Source: Escherichia coli | Lineage (GTDB): Bacteria; Pseudomonadota; Gammaproteobacteria; Enterobacterales; Enterobacteriaceae | Length of the DNA stretch: 64,000 bases | NCBI RefSeq assembly: GCF_050320075.1 | Contig: NZ_CP190018.1 | Strand: one strand, 5' to 3' | Shown here: positions 24,917-35,147 of the stretch, one piece after another | How positions within the stretch are numbered: the stretch's first letter is position 1 | Layout: every line of letters starts with the position of its first letter | The notes under the pieces: model-generated | What the model saw: only the letters and a program-made list of their open reading frames with translations | The model's database searches: none | Told to the model about the DNA's origin: nothing | Translations under genes and position numbers: made by a program

Positions 24917-25789
<873 letters not shown>

Positions 25790-26944
25790 TTATGCCTGCC
25801 ACGGATGAATGATTACGCCTTGCACCACGCGGTTAACGGTGCCGCTGGCTGATGGGGTATCCGGCGTATTGCCCATGTGCAGCGACTGCATCAGTGCAAA
25901 CGTCTGGGCGTACATCAGGAAGCAAAATGCCTGCTCAACGTCGATAAAGTGACGGGACGGCGGCAGGATGATATGTGGACCGGCGGTAATAACGTCGTTG
26001 CTTTCCGCGGCGATAGCGATTACGCGCATCGCCTGGTTATCGCGGCGAAGTTCAGCCAGCAGATCAAGATCATACTGACGGGTGTAAGGGTGGCTGGAGA
26101 CAAATACCACCACCAGCGTTTCGTTATCGACCAGCGATTTCGGGCCATGACGGAATCCGGTCGGGGAATCATAAAAGGCCGCCAGTTTACCCGCCGTCAG
26201 TTCCAGTACTTTCAGCGCCGACTCGCGTGCTGCGCCCTGTAAGCCACCGCTGCCGAGATAAACGATCCGTTTCCACGGTGCGTAACCAAACACACCTTCG
26301 CTGAAATCGCCCAGTGAGGTCAGGATCGCCTGGCAACGATCCGCCACGTCGCGGAAGCTCTGGCTGTTGATCGTCTCAGGTGCGAAAACCGCGAGGCAGC
26401 TGACCATCATGGTGGTAATGCTGCTGGTCATCGCAAAGCCGCGGTCGTGCGTTTCTGCGGGCATCAGCAGGGCAAACGCGTTGTCGCTGTTGATCGCGTT
26501 TTGGTAAAGAGCGCCCGCTTCGTTGCAGGTGATCGGCAGGTGATAGCACTCGGGTACAAATTGATTTGCCAGTTCCACGGCGGCGACGCTTTCCGGGCTG
26601 TTGCCGGATCGACCGAAGGAGATCAACAGCAGTGGATGAGCTGGATTCAGGTAGTCCATCGGATTGGTGACCAGATCGGTGGTCGGTACGGCGCTGAAGT
26701 TTTTACCTGTATGGCTGGCGAGCCACGGCGCGATGATGTCACCGATAAATGCCGAGGTTCCGGCTCCGGTCAGGATTACCCGCAGATTCTCTTTGCGCAG
26801 TAACGGTTCAAGGAAGTTATTGAGCGCGGAACGTAGCGCGTCGATGTTGGTGAGTGAACGGATCCATGCGCGAGGCTGATGGCGGATCTCTTCTTCAGTC
26901 CATGTACCGGTTGCGGCAGCAGCAGGGGTGTAATTTTCTGGCAT
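25790..26944 (-). CDS. agaS: SIS-domain sugar isomerase/deaminase (galactosamine-6-P deaminase)
   Basis: 384-aa ORF with two SIS domains. Confidence 0.88.
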   Translation of the reverse strand: MPENYTPAAAATGTWTEEEIRHQPRAWIRSLTNIDALRSALNNFLEPLLRKENLRVILTGAGTSAFIGDIIAPWLASHTGKNFSAVPTTDLVTNPMDYLNPAHPLLLISFGRSGNSPESVAAVELANQFVPECYHLPITCNEAGALYQNAINSDNAFALLMPAETHDRGFAMTSSITTMMVSCLAVFAPETINSQSFRDVADRCQAILTSLGDFSEGVFGYAPWKRIVYLGSGGLQGAARESALKVLELTAGKLAAFYDSPTGFRHGPKSLVDNETLVVVFVSSHPYTRQYDLDLLAELRRDNQAMRVIAIAAESNDVITAGPHIILPPSRHFIDVEQAFCFLMYAQTFALMQSLHMGNTPDTPSASGTVNRVVQGVIIHPWQA

Positions 26945-27134
26945 AACTCAATCCTTAGTCTGATGAACTTGACGTCGGGCGTTGTCGCTTTCGCTTACCT
27001 TTCGTTTCATTTCACTTGGTGATGTCTTTCGTTGATTAAAATCTATAGAAAAGAAACTGAAAGTTCAATGGAGAAAAAAGAAATAAAACGAAATTTGTGA
27101 TCGTTGAAAGAAAAGACAAGGGAAGATTAAAGAA
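26945..27134. promoter_or_regulatory. agaS promoter region with repeated ctttcgttt/gaaacgaaa-type motifs (candidate AgaR operators)
   Basis: Several copies of TTTCGTTT-like words in both orientations upstream of agaS. Confidence 0.45.
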
Positions 27135-27139
27135 TTGCA

Positions 27140-27230
27140 TGATGACGTTGCTATGTGCACCGATTGCCGGATGCGGCGTACCGTAGGTCGCATAAGACGC
27201 GTCAGCGTCGCATCCGACACCGCTGTACAG
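27140..27230. repeat. REP-like palindromic elements between agaA and agaS
   Basis: gccggatgcggcgtaccgtaggtcgcataagacgcgtcagcgtcgcatccgacacc. Confidence 0.45.
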
Positions 27231-27294
27231 ATCAAAAAGAAAGAAAAAGAAAGGCCTTACGGGGGAAGTGAAGGCCCAATAAAGGAGCAAACCA

Positions 27295-28428
27295 TCAAAA
27301 CGAAGCTAATTGACCCTGAATCCAGATTTGTTGCACATGCAGCCCGCTATCCAGCGCAACGACGCTGGCGCGTTTGCCCGGTTTAAGCGATCCCAGAACA
27401 TCATCAACACCCAGCATACGCGCCGGATGCAGCGACGCCATATGGATGGCTTCCGCAGGCGTTACGTCCGTCAACTCGACCATATTGCGCACTGCCGCAT
27501 CAACAGACAGCGTACTGCCCGCCAGTCCACCGGACGCGGTACGGACAACGCCACCGTGCATCTGCACTTCTTCGCCACATAACGTATAGCGACCATCCGG
27601 CATCCCGGCTGCCTGCATCGCGTCGGTGATGAGCACGATTCTCTCTTTCGCACAGCAACAACACAGCGACATCGCCGCCGGATGCACATGATGACCATCG
27701 GCTATCAGTTCCAGCCAGGCGCGCTTGTCCGTTAATCCCGCGCCAACCATTCCCGGTTCGCGGTGATGTAAACCTGTCATCCCGTTATAGCAATGCACCA
27801 GGCCGTCGGCACCAGCGTCAAACGCGGCACGGGTTTGTTGCCAGGTCGCCGCGCTATGCCCCAGCATCACCCGTACGTTTTGCTGTTTAAGATGGCGGAT
27901 GGCCTGCAATGCCCCTTCTTTTTCCGGTGCCAGCGCTACCACGCGCAAGGTGTGCTGAGAAACGGCAATCAATTGATCCAGCTCGGCAATTTCCAGCTCG
28001 CGAAACAGCTCCGGCGGATGCGCGCCTTTATTCTGCGGCGTGAAGTATGGTCCTTCGAGATAACTCCCCAGCACTTGCGCACCAGGTCCGTCGCGTTGGC
28101 AACGTTGAGCAATACGTTTCAGCGCCGCATGAATGGTATTAAGCGGCGCGGTTACGGTGGTCGGTAACCAACTGCCGACACCTTCGCGTGCTTTGTGCAT
28201 TGCCAGCTTGTCGAGCACATCCGGCGCGTCATCCATTACATCAACGCCCGCACCACCGTGTACATGGGTGTCGATGTAAGCGGGGCAGAGCAGTTCCGCA
28301 TCGCGTTCAGTCACGCCCACTGGAATCGGTTCGATTGCTGCGATTACACCGTCAGCAATACGCAACTGATGGTCATCGAGCCATCCCTCTTCAGTCAGCA
28401 GCCTTCTGGCGCGCAGAACGTGTGTCAT
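27295..28428 (-). CDS. agaA: N-acetylgalactosamine-6-phosphate deacetylase, full length
   Basis: ORF 27295..28449; start at MTHVLRARRLLTEEG gives 377 aa; NagA-like metal-binding motifs. Confidence 0.85.
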   Translation of the reverse strand: MTHVLRARRLLTEEGWLDDHQLRIADGVIAAIEPIPVGVTERDAELLCPAYIDTHVHGGAGVDVMDDAPDVLDKLAMHKAREGVGSWLPTTVTAPLNTIHAALKRIAQRCQRDGPGAQVLGSYLEGPYFTPQNKGAHPPELFRELEIAELDQLIAVSQHTLRVVALAPEKEGALQAIRHLKQQNVRVMLGHSAATWQQTRAAFDAGADGLVHCYNGMTGLHHREPGMVGAGLTDKRAWLELIADGHHVHPAAMSLCCCCAKERIVLITDAMQAAGMPDGRYTLCGEEVQMHGGVVRTASGGLAGSTLSVDAAVRNMVELTDVTPAEAIHMASLHPARMLGVDDVLGSLKPGKRASVVALDSGLHVQQIWIQGQLASF

Positions 28429-28859
28429 ATTCCTTCCTCGACCGGACATTCTTCATGGCAGCGGCCTAACTCGTCCACCAAACTGGTCAGCCCACGGTGT
28501 CCACACTCCAGCGCCTGCACACGGAACTCTTCACCGCTTAACCCTTCGCGCTCCAGCACCATCTCCAGTAGCAGTTGCAAATTGGTGCCGGTGATCACTT
28601 CACAGCCCGGTTTTTGCATCGCCAGCGTTGAAGCTACGCGAAACGGCGTGCCGCCCAGCAAATCCGTCAGAAAAACAATGCCGTCTTCACAATCGAGTTG
28701 GGCGATGGCCTCTTCAAGCTGCGATGTAAGCTGCGCGGTGCTTGAGGTTTCGGGAAAATCGATGGCAATAAACTGCGATTGCTCGCCGAGGATTTGCTTC
28801 ATTGCTTTTTCCATGCCGCTGGCAAATCCGCCATGCCCTGTCAAAATAATACTTAACAT
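28425..28859 (-). CDS. agaF: PTS N-acetylgalactosamine-specific EIIA component
   Basis: 144-aa ORF MLSIILTGHGGFASG (mannose-family IIA). Confidence 0.82.
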   Translation of the reverse strand: MLSIILTGHGGFASGMEKAMKQILGEQSQFIAIDFPETSSTAQLTSQLEEAIAQLDCEDGIVFLTDLLGGTPFRVASTLAMQKPGCEVITGTNLQLLLEMVLEREGLSGEEFRVQALECGHRGLTSLVDELGRCHEECPVEEGI

Positions 28860-28876
28860 CTAATACCTCATTGTAT

Positions 28877-29761
28877 TTAAAGGAAATGACAGAATTTACC
28901 GACGATACCGAGAACCACGGTAACTGCAATCAGGCGCAGCGGACTCCAGCCGCGGCGTACCAGCCAGAACATGGTCAGGGTGTAGACCAGCGGTAAGAAG
29001 GCAGGCATCAGTTTGTCGATAACATCAGCCTGTAACTTAACCACTGCATCGCCAGCGGTGATTTCCAGCGTGGTGCTTAAACGAACATAGGTTGCTACCA
29101 GCGCGCCGATTACCGTCATCCCAACGATTGACGCAGCATGGCCGACTTTTTTGGTATTCGCTTTAATGAGTGGAATCGCCGCCACGCCCATGCGATAAGC
29201 ATAATGCGCCAGACCAAAACGCAGCCCCAGGTGTACCACGTTGAACAGCACAATAAAGACGACAGCGCCAAGAATAGAGCCTTGTAGCGCGAGGCTTGCA
29301 CCAATCCCGCCACAAATCGGCAGTAGCGTCAGCCAGAACATTGCATCGCCAATCCCGCCGAGCGGCGCACCGACGGCAATTTTGGTGCTCTGAATACTGT
29401 TAACGTCCTGCTTAGAACGCTCCATCGCAAGGATAATGCCGATAACAAACGTCACCAGAAACGGATGGGTATTGAAGAAACCCATATGCCCCTTCATGGC
29501 GCGCGCCAGGTCGCGTTTATTAGTGTGGATCTTTTTCAGAGCAGGCAGCAGACCGTACAACCAGCCGGAAGCCTGCATACGTTCGTAGTTAAAAGACGCT
29601 TGTAACAGCATGGAACGCCAGGCGACGCGGTTGATATCTTTTTTTGTCAGCTCTGCGCCAATGCTCTGATCTTCATACACGTTTTCATTGATGCCAGTCA
29701 GCAGTGTTTCTTCGTTTTCACTGACGTTCGGCAGGGTGGTTTGATTAGATGCCATCTTCAA
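28877..29761 (-). CDS. agaE: PTS N-acetylgalactosamine-specific EIID component
   Basis: 294-aa ORF, paralogous to agaD (shared SFNYERMQA motif). Confidence 0.82.
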   Translation of the reverse strand: MKMASNQTTLPNVSENEETLLTGINENVYEDQSIGAELTKKDINRVAWRSMLLQASFNYERMQASGWLYGLLPALKKIHTNKRDLARAMKGHMGFFNTHPFLVTFVIGIILAMERSKQDVNSIQSTKIAVGAPLGGIGDAMFWLTLLPICGGIGASLALQGSILGAVVFIVLFNVVHLGLRFGLAHYAYRMGVAAIPLIKANTKKVGHAASIVGMTVIGALVATYVRLSTTLEITAGDAVVKLQADVIDKLMPAFLPLVYTLTMFWLVRRGWSPLRLIAVTVVLGIVGKFCHFL

Positions 29762-30524
29762 ATTCCTCTTTCTGTGCCGCAGGTTGAGTCGGTTCAGGAG
29801 ATTTACGCAGCAGGTCGATCAGCGCCATCGCCAGCGCGGCGGCAGCAATAGCCAGCACCGGTAACTTGAGCCAGGCTGCGGCAACAAAGCCCAGGATGAA
29901 GTAGGGGATGTAGACGTTTTTCATCATGATTTTCAGCAGCACGGCAAAACCGATTGCTGGCATGATGCCGCCCGCGACGCCGAGGCCGTCGATTAATCGT
30001 TGCGGCAGGACATCAATGATGGTTTTTGCATGTTCCGCGCCGAAGTAGATAGGCAGGAAAGCGCAGAGAAAATAGAAAGTGCCGAGTGCCAGCAGTGCCA
30101 GATAGTTCACGCGTTCAATGCCGCGAGTATCGGCGTTCTCCGCCATCCGGTCGCAGCGGGACATTACGCCAGACATCACCGAGAACAGGAAGGTAATCCC
30201 CATCTGTACTGCGACAGCGAAAGGTACGGCGACACCGACCGCGACATCGGGTTTCACGCCAGTAGTAATGGCAAACGCCGTGCCGACGATAGTACCGATA
30301 ATCACGTTAGGCGGTTGTGCGCCTGCCAGCGGGGCCAGCCCCATCCACACCAGTTCCAGCGTACCGCCGGTTAAAATACCGGTATGCAGATCGCCAAGTA
30401 CCAGCCCGACTAACGGGCCGAGGACCACCGGGCGGTGCATATGGGTTAAGCCGTTAAACATATCCAGGCCAGCGATAAAGGCGATAATGCCCAACGCGAA
30501 TGCCTGCAACAGACTGATTTCCAT
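29745..30524 (-). CDS. agaW: PTS N-acetylgalactosamine-specific EIIC component, full length
   Basis: 259-aa membrane ORF, paralogous to agaC. Confidence 0.82.
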   Translation of the reverse strand: MEISLLQAFALGIIAFIAGLDMFNGLTHMHRPVVLGPLVGLVLGDLHTGILTGGTLELVWMGLAPLAGAQPPNVIIGTIVGTAFAITTGVKPDVAVGVAVPFAVAVQMGITFLFSVMSGVMSRCDRMAENADTRGIERVNYLALLALGTFYFLCAFLPIYFGAEHAKTIIDVLPQRLIDGLGVAGGIMPAIGFAVLLKIMMKNVYIPYFILGFVAAAWLKLPVLAIAAAALAMALIDLLRKSPEPTQPAAQKEEFEDGI

Positions 30525-30534
30525 GATGAATCCC

Positions 30535-31008
30535 TCAAAGTAATTTAAAGAGGTCCACAGCAGGCTCTGTCGGGACGCCCTGAACGAAGCATTCCACCCC
30601 AGCGGCTTTCAGGTCGTTAAATGCTGCGATATCGCCCGCATCCACAGAAACCGTTTTGGCGATTTGTTGCTTGCCATTGGCGTAGTGCATATTGCCAACG
30701 TTAATGCGATTCACCGGAACGCCACCTTTCACCAGCGTCAGGAAATCGGCAGGTGTTTTACAAACCAGCAGGATTTTCTGTCGATCGGCGGCGCGGTGGA
30801 TGTTGTCGATAACTTTTTGCAGCGTCCAGAAACGTACGGCGATCCCTTCTGCCAGTACCATTTCCATCAGGTTTTGTTGTACCGGATCTTCGGCAACCTC
30901 ATCGTTGGCTACCAGCACCAGATTTGCCCCCGCAAATCCGACCCACTGAACGCCGACCTGACCGTGAATCAAACGCTCATCAATCCGGCTTAAAACAATA
31001 TTTGGCAT
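30535..31008 (-). CDS. agaV: PTS N-acetylgalactosamine-specific EIIB component
   Basis: Start placed at MPNIVLSRIDERLIHGQVGVQW (157 aa); paralogous to agaB. Confidence 0.85.
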   Translation of the reverse strand: MPNIVLSRIDERLIHGQVGVQWVGFAGANLVLVANDEVAEDPVQQNLMEMVLAEGIAVRFWTLQKVIDNIHRAADRQKILLVCKTPADFLTLVKGGVPVNRINVGNMHYANGKQQIAKTVSVDAGDIAAFNDLKAAGVECFVQGVPTEPAVDLFKLL

Positions 31009-31030
31009 AGCGTGTTCCTCTTTGTTTTGC

Positions 31031-32311
31031 TTATTGGCCTTCACAGGCTGTGTGGTACTGCGCCAGGATGTCCTGAATATGGTTGATAATGAGTTCCCGT
31101 GGTGTTGGCTGCAGCTCGCCGGAGCGAACTTTCACGTATTGCAGCGGCAAATACTGGCTGATGAGCGGTAGCGGAATTGGTGAATCCGCCAGATTACGAA
31201 CCAGATGAGCGAAAGCGTCATCAATCTGGCTGTCCGGCCAGTAATAGCGCACGCGATCTGAGTAGCTGTAACCACGCGCCAGGCGACGTGCGTTGCCGTC
31301 ACCGTGGTAGTGGCTTTGCCAGTATTCCGGGCGGTCGAGCATCACGTTTTCCAGCACCTGACGCAGACCAGAACAGGCTTTTGCTGGTACCAGTTCTTCT
31401 TCAATCGCCGCCAGAGAGAACAGAGCTTCACGCAGGGCGAAGGTCAGCGCCGGGCCAACTTTCAGGATGGCAAAGTGGTCAATCACCAGCTGGCGCAACG
31501 ATTGTGGCGTTTGATAATCGGTAGAGTGCGCTTCGAAAATCAGCGTTTCGTAGTTTTCGACCATCTGGCTTAAGGCGGTCGCTTTGACGGGCTGATAATC
31601 AATAACGTTGGTGTGATCGAATTCGACGCCGGGTTGAACCACCAGAGCAATGATGCGTGGCCAGATGGCACTCAGACCCTGCTTTTCAAAGGCGTGACGA
31701 TGGGCTTCCAGCGTGGCGCGGGCGGCATCCGGCGTGGTGACCGCCAGCTCGCTTAAGGTTTCATGCGCGCCGCCAGGTACCGGCACTTCGGTACCAATGA
31801 CATACTCCAGATCGGCTTCGCCAAAGTGTTCGCGACAGGTTTCTTCCGCCACTTTCGCCAGACGGGCGGCGCGTTCAGCCACGATGTCATCAGTTAAGGG
31901 AATTGGATCGTCCTGACAGGACATGCTGCAATCAAGGTGGATTTTTTTGAATCCTGCCGCAACGTAGCTTTTAATCAAATCATCGGCATTGGCCATTGCC
32001 TGAGCGGCTGGCAGGTTTTGCCAGCGGTTTGGACCCAGATGGTCACCACCCAGAATCAACGCATCCTGCGGGAAATTCAACGAGTCGGCGAGCTGACAAA
32101 CAAAGCCGCGAAAATCGGCGGGCGTCATTCCGGTATAGCCGCCGAACTGGTCTACCTGATTGGAGGTTGCTTCAATCAGTAACGGCGTTTGGTTTGCACT
32201 GGCGTAGCGGATTGCAGCCTCCAGCACCAGCGGATGTGCGGAACAAACGGCATAAATTCCATTTGTTTTGCCCGCTTTGTGCTGTCTCACCATTTCTGTC
32301 AGATGTTTCAC
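31031..32311 (-). CDS. kbaZ: Tagatose-bisphosphate aldolase non-catalytic subunit
   Basis: 426-aa ORF; first gene of the operon divergent from agaR. Confidence 0.88.
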   Translation of the reverse strand: MKHLTEMVRQHKAGKTNGIYAVCSAHPLVLEAAIRYASANQTPLLIEATSNQVDQFGGYTGMTPADFRGFVCQLADSLNFPQDALILGGDHLGPNRWQNLPAAQAMANADDLIKSYVAAGFKKIHLDCSMSCQDDPIPLTDDIVAERAARLAKVAEETCREHFGEADLEYVIGTEVPVPGGAHETLSELAVTTPDAARATLEAHRHAFEKQGLSAIWPRIIALVVQPGVEFDHTNVIDYQPVKATALSQMVENYETLIFEAHSTDYQTPQSLRQLVIDHFAILKVGPALTFALREALFSLAAIEEELVPAKACSGLRQVLENVMLDRPEYWQSHYHGDGNARRLARGYSYSDRVRYYWPDSQIDDAFAHLVRNLADSPIPLPLISQYLPLQYVKVRSGELQPTPRELIINHIQDILAQYHTACEGQ

Positions 32312-32559
32312 TTTCCTCTCCAGTTCAGATTACTGCGATATTAATCTTTCGTTTTGTTTCAGTTGATACTGCGCCATGGTGAGATAAAAATAAAACGAAA
32401 GATAATGGTTTTCTGATCTGATTCACAAAAGAAACATAATGAAAGCCACTGAAACGAGAGTAGCTTGCGCCAATGGGTAAGGTGGGCTTGCATTTGCTTA
32501 ATAGAAAGGCGTTAATAGGCAAAACGAAATGAAACGAAAGTTTTACGAAAGGACTTACT
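32312..32559. promoter_or_regulatory. kbaZ/agaR divergent promoter region with multiple aaacgaaag / ctttcgttt repeats (candidate AgaR operators)
   Basis: Repeated (g)aaacgaaag and inverse words at about 32347, 32393, 32440 and 32528. Confidence 0.5.
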
Positions 32560-33369
32560 ATGAGTAATACCGACGCTTCAGGCGAGAAGCGAGTGACAGG
32601 CACCAGTGAGCGACGAGAGCAGATCATTCAACGCCTGCGCCAGCAAGGAAGTGTGCAGGTTAACGATCTGTCGGCATTGTATGGCGTATCTACTGTGACG
32701 ATCCGCAACGATCTGGCGTTTCTGGAAAAGCAGGGGATCGCTGTGCGTGCCTATGGCGGCGCGTTGATCTGCGATAGCACGACGCCGTCAGTCGAGCCAT
32801 CAGTGGAAGATAAAAGCGCGCTGAACACCGCAATGAAACGCAGCGTTGCGAAAGCTGCCGTTGAGTTGATTCAGCCAGGTCATCGGGTGATCCTCGATTC
32901 CGGGACCACCACTTTTGAGATTGCTCGTCTGATGCGCAAGCACACTGACGTAATTGCGATGACCAACGGTATGAACGTGGCTAATGCGTTGCTGGAAGCG
33001 GAAGGCGTTGAGCTGCTGATGACCGGCGGGCATTTGCGCCGTCAGTCGCAATCTTTTTACGGCGATCAGGCTGAACAATCGCTGCAAAATTACCACTTCG
33101 ATATGCTGTTTCTTGGCGTAGATGCGATCGATCTGGAGCGCGGCGTCAGCACGCATAATGAAGATGAAGCCCGTTTAAACCGTCGGATGTGCGAAGTTGC
33201 GGAACGGATCATCGTGGTCACCGATTCCAGTAAGTTTAACCGTTCCAGTTTACATAAGATCATTGATACTCAACGTATCGACATGATCATTGTTGATGAA
33301 GGCATTCCTGCGGATAGTCTGGAAGGCCTGCGAAAGGCTGGGGTTGAAGTGATTCTGGTCGGGGAGTGA
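32560..33369 (+). CDS. agaR: DeoR-family transcriptional repressor of the aga regulon
   Basis: 269-aa ORF with N-terminal HTH and DeoR C-terminal sugar-binding domain. Confidence 0.9.
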
Positions 33370-33423
33370 GAAAGGGTGCCCGCTGGTCAACACGAATGCG
33401 TTCGGCGGGCATTGTGAACACCA

Positions 33424-33525
33424 TCAATGGGCTTCTTCTGTCTCTCGGGTGAGGGTTTCCCAGTCGGCAGGAGGATGTCCTCTTTTTAACATTTTGCTGA
33501 ATACGGTATAGGCATCTGTTTTTTT
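33424..33525 (-). pseudogene. yhaV: Displaced 3' fragment of yhaV (last ~33 codons) separated from the gene body by IS1
   Basis: Minus-strand hand translation KKTDAYTVFSKMLKRGHPPADWETLTRETEEAH* continues in frame from the yhaV body across the IS1 target duplication. Confidence 0.8.
33518..33525. repeat. IS1 target-site duplication, left copy (gttttttt)
   Basis: Identical 8-bp gttttttt immediately flanks both IS1 ends. Confidence 0.8.
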
Positions 33526-33540
33526 GGTAATGACTCCAAC

Positions 33541-34044
33541 TTATTGATAGTGTTTTATGTTCAGATAATGCCCGATGACTTTGTCATGCAGCTCCACCGA
33601 TTTTGAGAACGACAGCGACTTCCGTCCCAGCCGTGCCAGGTGCTGCCTCAGATTCAGGTTATGCCGCTCAATTCGCTGCGTATATCGCTTGCTGATTACG
33701 TGCAGCTTTCCCTTCAGGCGGGATTCATACAGCGGCCAGCCATCCGTCATCCATATCACCACGTCAAAGGGTGACAGCAGGCTCATAAGACGCCCCAGCG
33801 TCGCCATAGTGCGTTCACCGAATACGTGCGCAACAACCGTCTTCCGGAGCCTGTCATACGCGTAAAACAGCCAGCGCTGGCGCGATTTAGCCCCGACGTA
33901 TCCCCACTGTTCGTCCATTTCCGCGCAGACGATGACGTCACTGCCCGGCTGTATGCGCGAGGTTACCGACTGCGGCCTGAGTTTTTTAAATGGCGGAAAA
34001 TCGTGTTGAGGCCAACGCCCATAATGCGGGCAGTTGCCCGGCAT
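33541..34044 (-). CDS. insB: IS1 transposase InsB (expressed as InsAB' by frameshift)
   Basis: 167-aa ORF, recognised IS1 InsB sequence. Confidence 0.9.
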   Translation of the reverse strand: MPGNCPHYGRWPQHDFPPFKKLRPQSVTSRIQPGSDVIVCAEMDEQWGYVGAKSRQRWLFYAYDRLRKTVVAHVFGERTMATLGRLMSLLSPFDVVIWMTDGWPLYESRLKGKLHVISKRYTQRIERHNLNLRQHLARLGRKSLSFSKSVELHDKVIGHYLNIKHYQ

Positions 34045-34238
34045 CCAACGCCATTCATGGCCATATCAATGATTTTCTGGTGCGTACCGGGTTGAGAAGC
34101 GGTGTAAGTGAACTGCAGTTGCCATGTTTTACGGCAGTGAGAGCAGAGATAGCGCTGATGTCCGGCGGTGCTTTTGCCGTTACGCACCACCCCGTCAGTA
34201 GCTGAACAGGAGGGACAGCTGATAGAAACAGAAGCCAC
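33963..34238 (-). CDS. insA: IS1 protein InsA (transposition repressor)
   Basis: 91-aa [43 protein letters not shown]..., canonical InsA zinc-finger protein. Confidence 0.92.
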   Translation of the reverse strand: MASVSISCPSCSATDGVVRNGKSTAGHQRYLCSHCRKTWQLQFTYTASQPGTHQKIIDMAMNGVGCRATARIMGVGLNTIFRHLKNSGRSR

Positions 34239-34293
34239 TGGAGCACCTCAAAAACACCATCATACACTAAATCAGTAAGTTGGCAGCATCACC

Positions 34294-34301
34294 GTTTTTT
34301 T
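34294..34301. repeat. IS1 target-site duplication, right copy (gttttttt)
   Basis: Identical to 33518..33525. Confidence 0.8.
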
Positions 34302-34664
34302 ACCGTAGGTGCGCAGCGTGTTTTCATCGTTCATCCATCCCAGAATGATGACTTTCTCTTTTTCGCTGTAACGAAAGAAGAGACGATAACGACCAGCACC
34401 AAATTTTACCCGTGACCAGTCTTTATTTTTCCCAGAGCCTAACGACTTGCCATGACGGAATGCCGGTGATGATGGATTGACCGTGATATGCTCCTCAATC
34501 ACTTTATGGACTACCGCCAATAACTTTGTGGCGGCTTTTCTCTGATAATTTTCAGGATCTTTTCCCTTTAATGTCTCGACTTCGGCAACTAAAGCGTCGT
34601 AGGTTTCCTGAAAACAGGGATGAGCATATAGCGCCCAACCATTAACCCTTTGTGGAAAATCCAT
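34294..34664 (-). pseudogene. yhaV: yhaV toxin gene (ribosome-dependent mRNA interferase of PrlF-YhaV), 5' ~123 codons; IS1-interrupted
   Basis: ORF 34272..34664 reads ...NDENTLRTYGKKT then 6 IS1-encoded residues (VMLPTY) and stops inside IS1; native C-terminus lies at 33424..33525. Confidence 0.85.
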
Positions 34665-34999
34665 TATTCGTCGTCGCCAATCTCATCATCAATGTTGACG
34701 TCCATGCCAGCGACAAGTTTCTTTCCTTGTTGAGTGTCGAATGGACGAGTTTTTTGCGGGTTGTTCTGGATATCTGCATCCAGAAAACGCAAAAATGCAT
34801 TCATAGTATGATCCTCCTGTTCATCTCCCAGTCGGCACATAAATACTTGCCCACCAGGCAGAATTTCGTAATGAATGCTGTCCTGGCCTGGCTTCAGTTT
34901 TAAGGCCTCACGCACTGGCGCGGGGATAGTTGTTTGTCCGCGTATCGTGACCTTTGATTCAGTGGTCAGTACAGCGTGAGAGCGAGCATTAGCGGGCAT
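34664..34999 (-). CDS. prlF: Antitoxin PrlF (SohA) of the PrlF-YhaV toxin-antitoxin pair
   Basis: 111-aa ORF with acidic C-terminal tail DDEIGDDE; stop overlaps yhaV start. Confidence 0.9.
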   Translation of the reverse strand: MPANARSHAVLTTESKVTIRGQTTIPAPVREALKLKPGQDSIHYEILPGGQVFMCRLGDEQEDHTMNAFLRFLDADIQNNPQKTRPFDTQQGKKLVAGMDVNIDDEIGDDE

Positions 35000-35147
35000 G
35001 ATTCACTGTCCTTTTACAGCCTGTTTTCTGCTCAAATTATAAGCTTGAACTAAGGTAATGCAAATGCATTATTAATGTACGTGGGGGCTTTAAACAATAA
35101 AAACATGGCACTAAGGCCATGTTTTGCGAGGGACGTTCCAAAAGAAA

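Larger units (their letters stand above)
33526..34293 (-). mobile_element. IS1 insertion sequence, complete 768 bp with terminal inverted repeats
   Basis: Ends match IS1 termini (ggtaatgactccaacttattgat at 33526; atcagtaagttggcagcatcacc ending 34293); encodes InsA and InsB; flanked by 8-bp direct repeat. Confidence 0.93.

Noticed and set aside
25877-26803. Several plus-strand ORFs (about 120 aa) inside agaS
   Set aside because: Antisense to the SIS-domain gene; no support.
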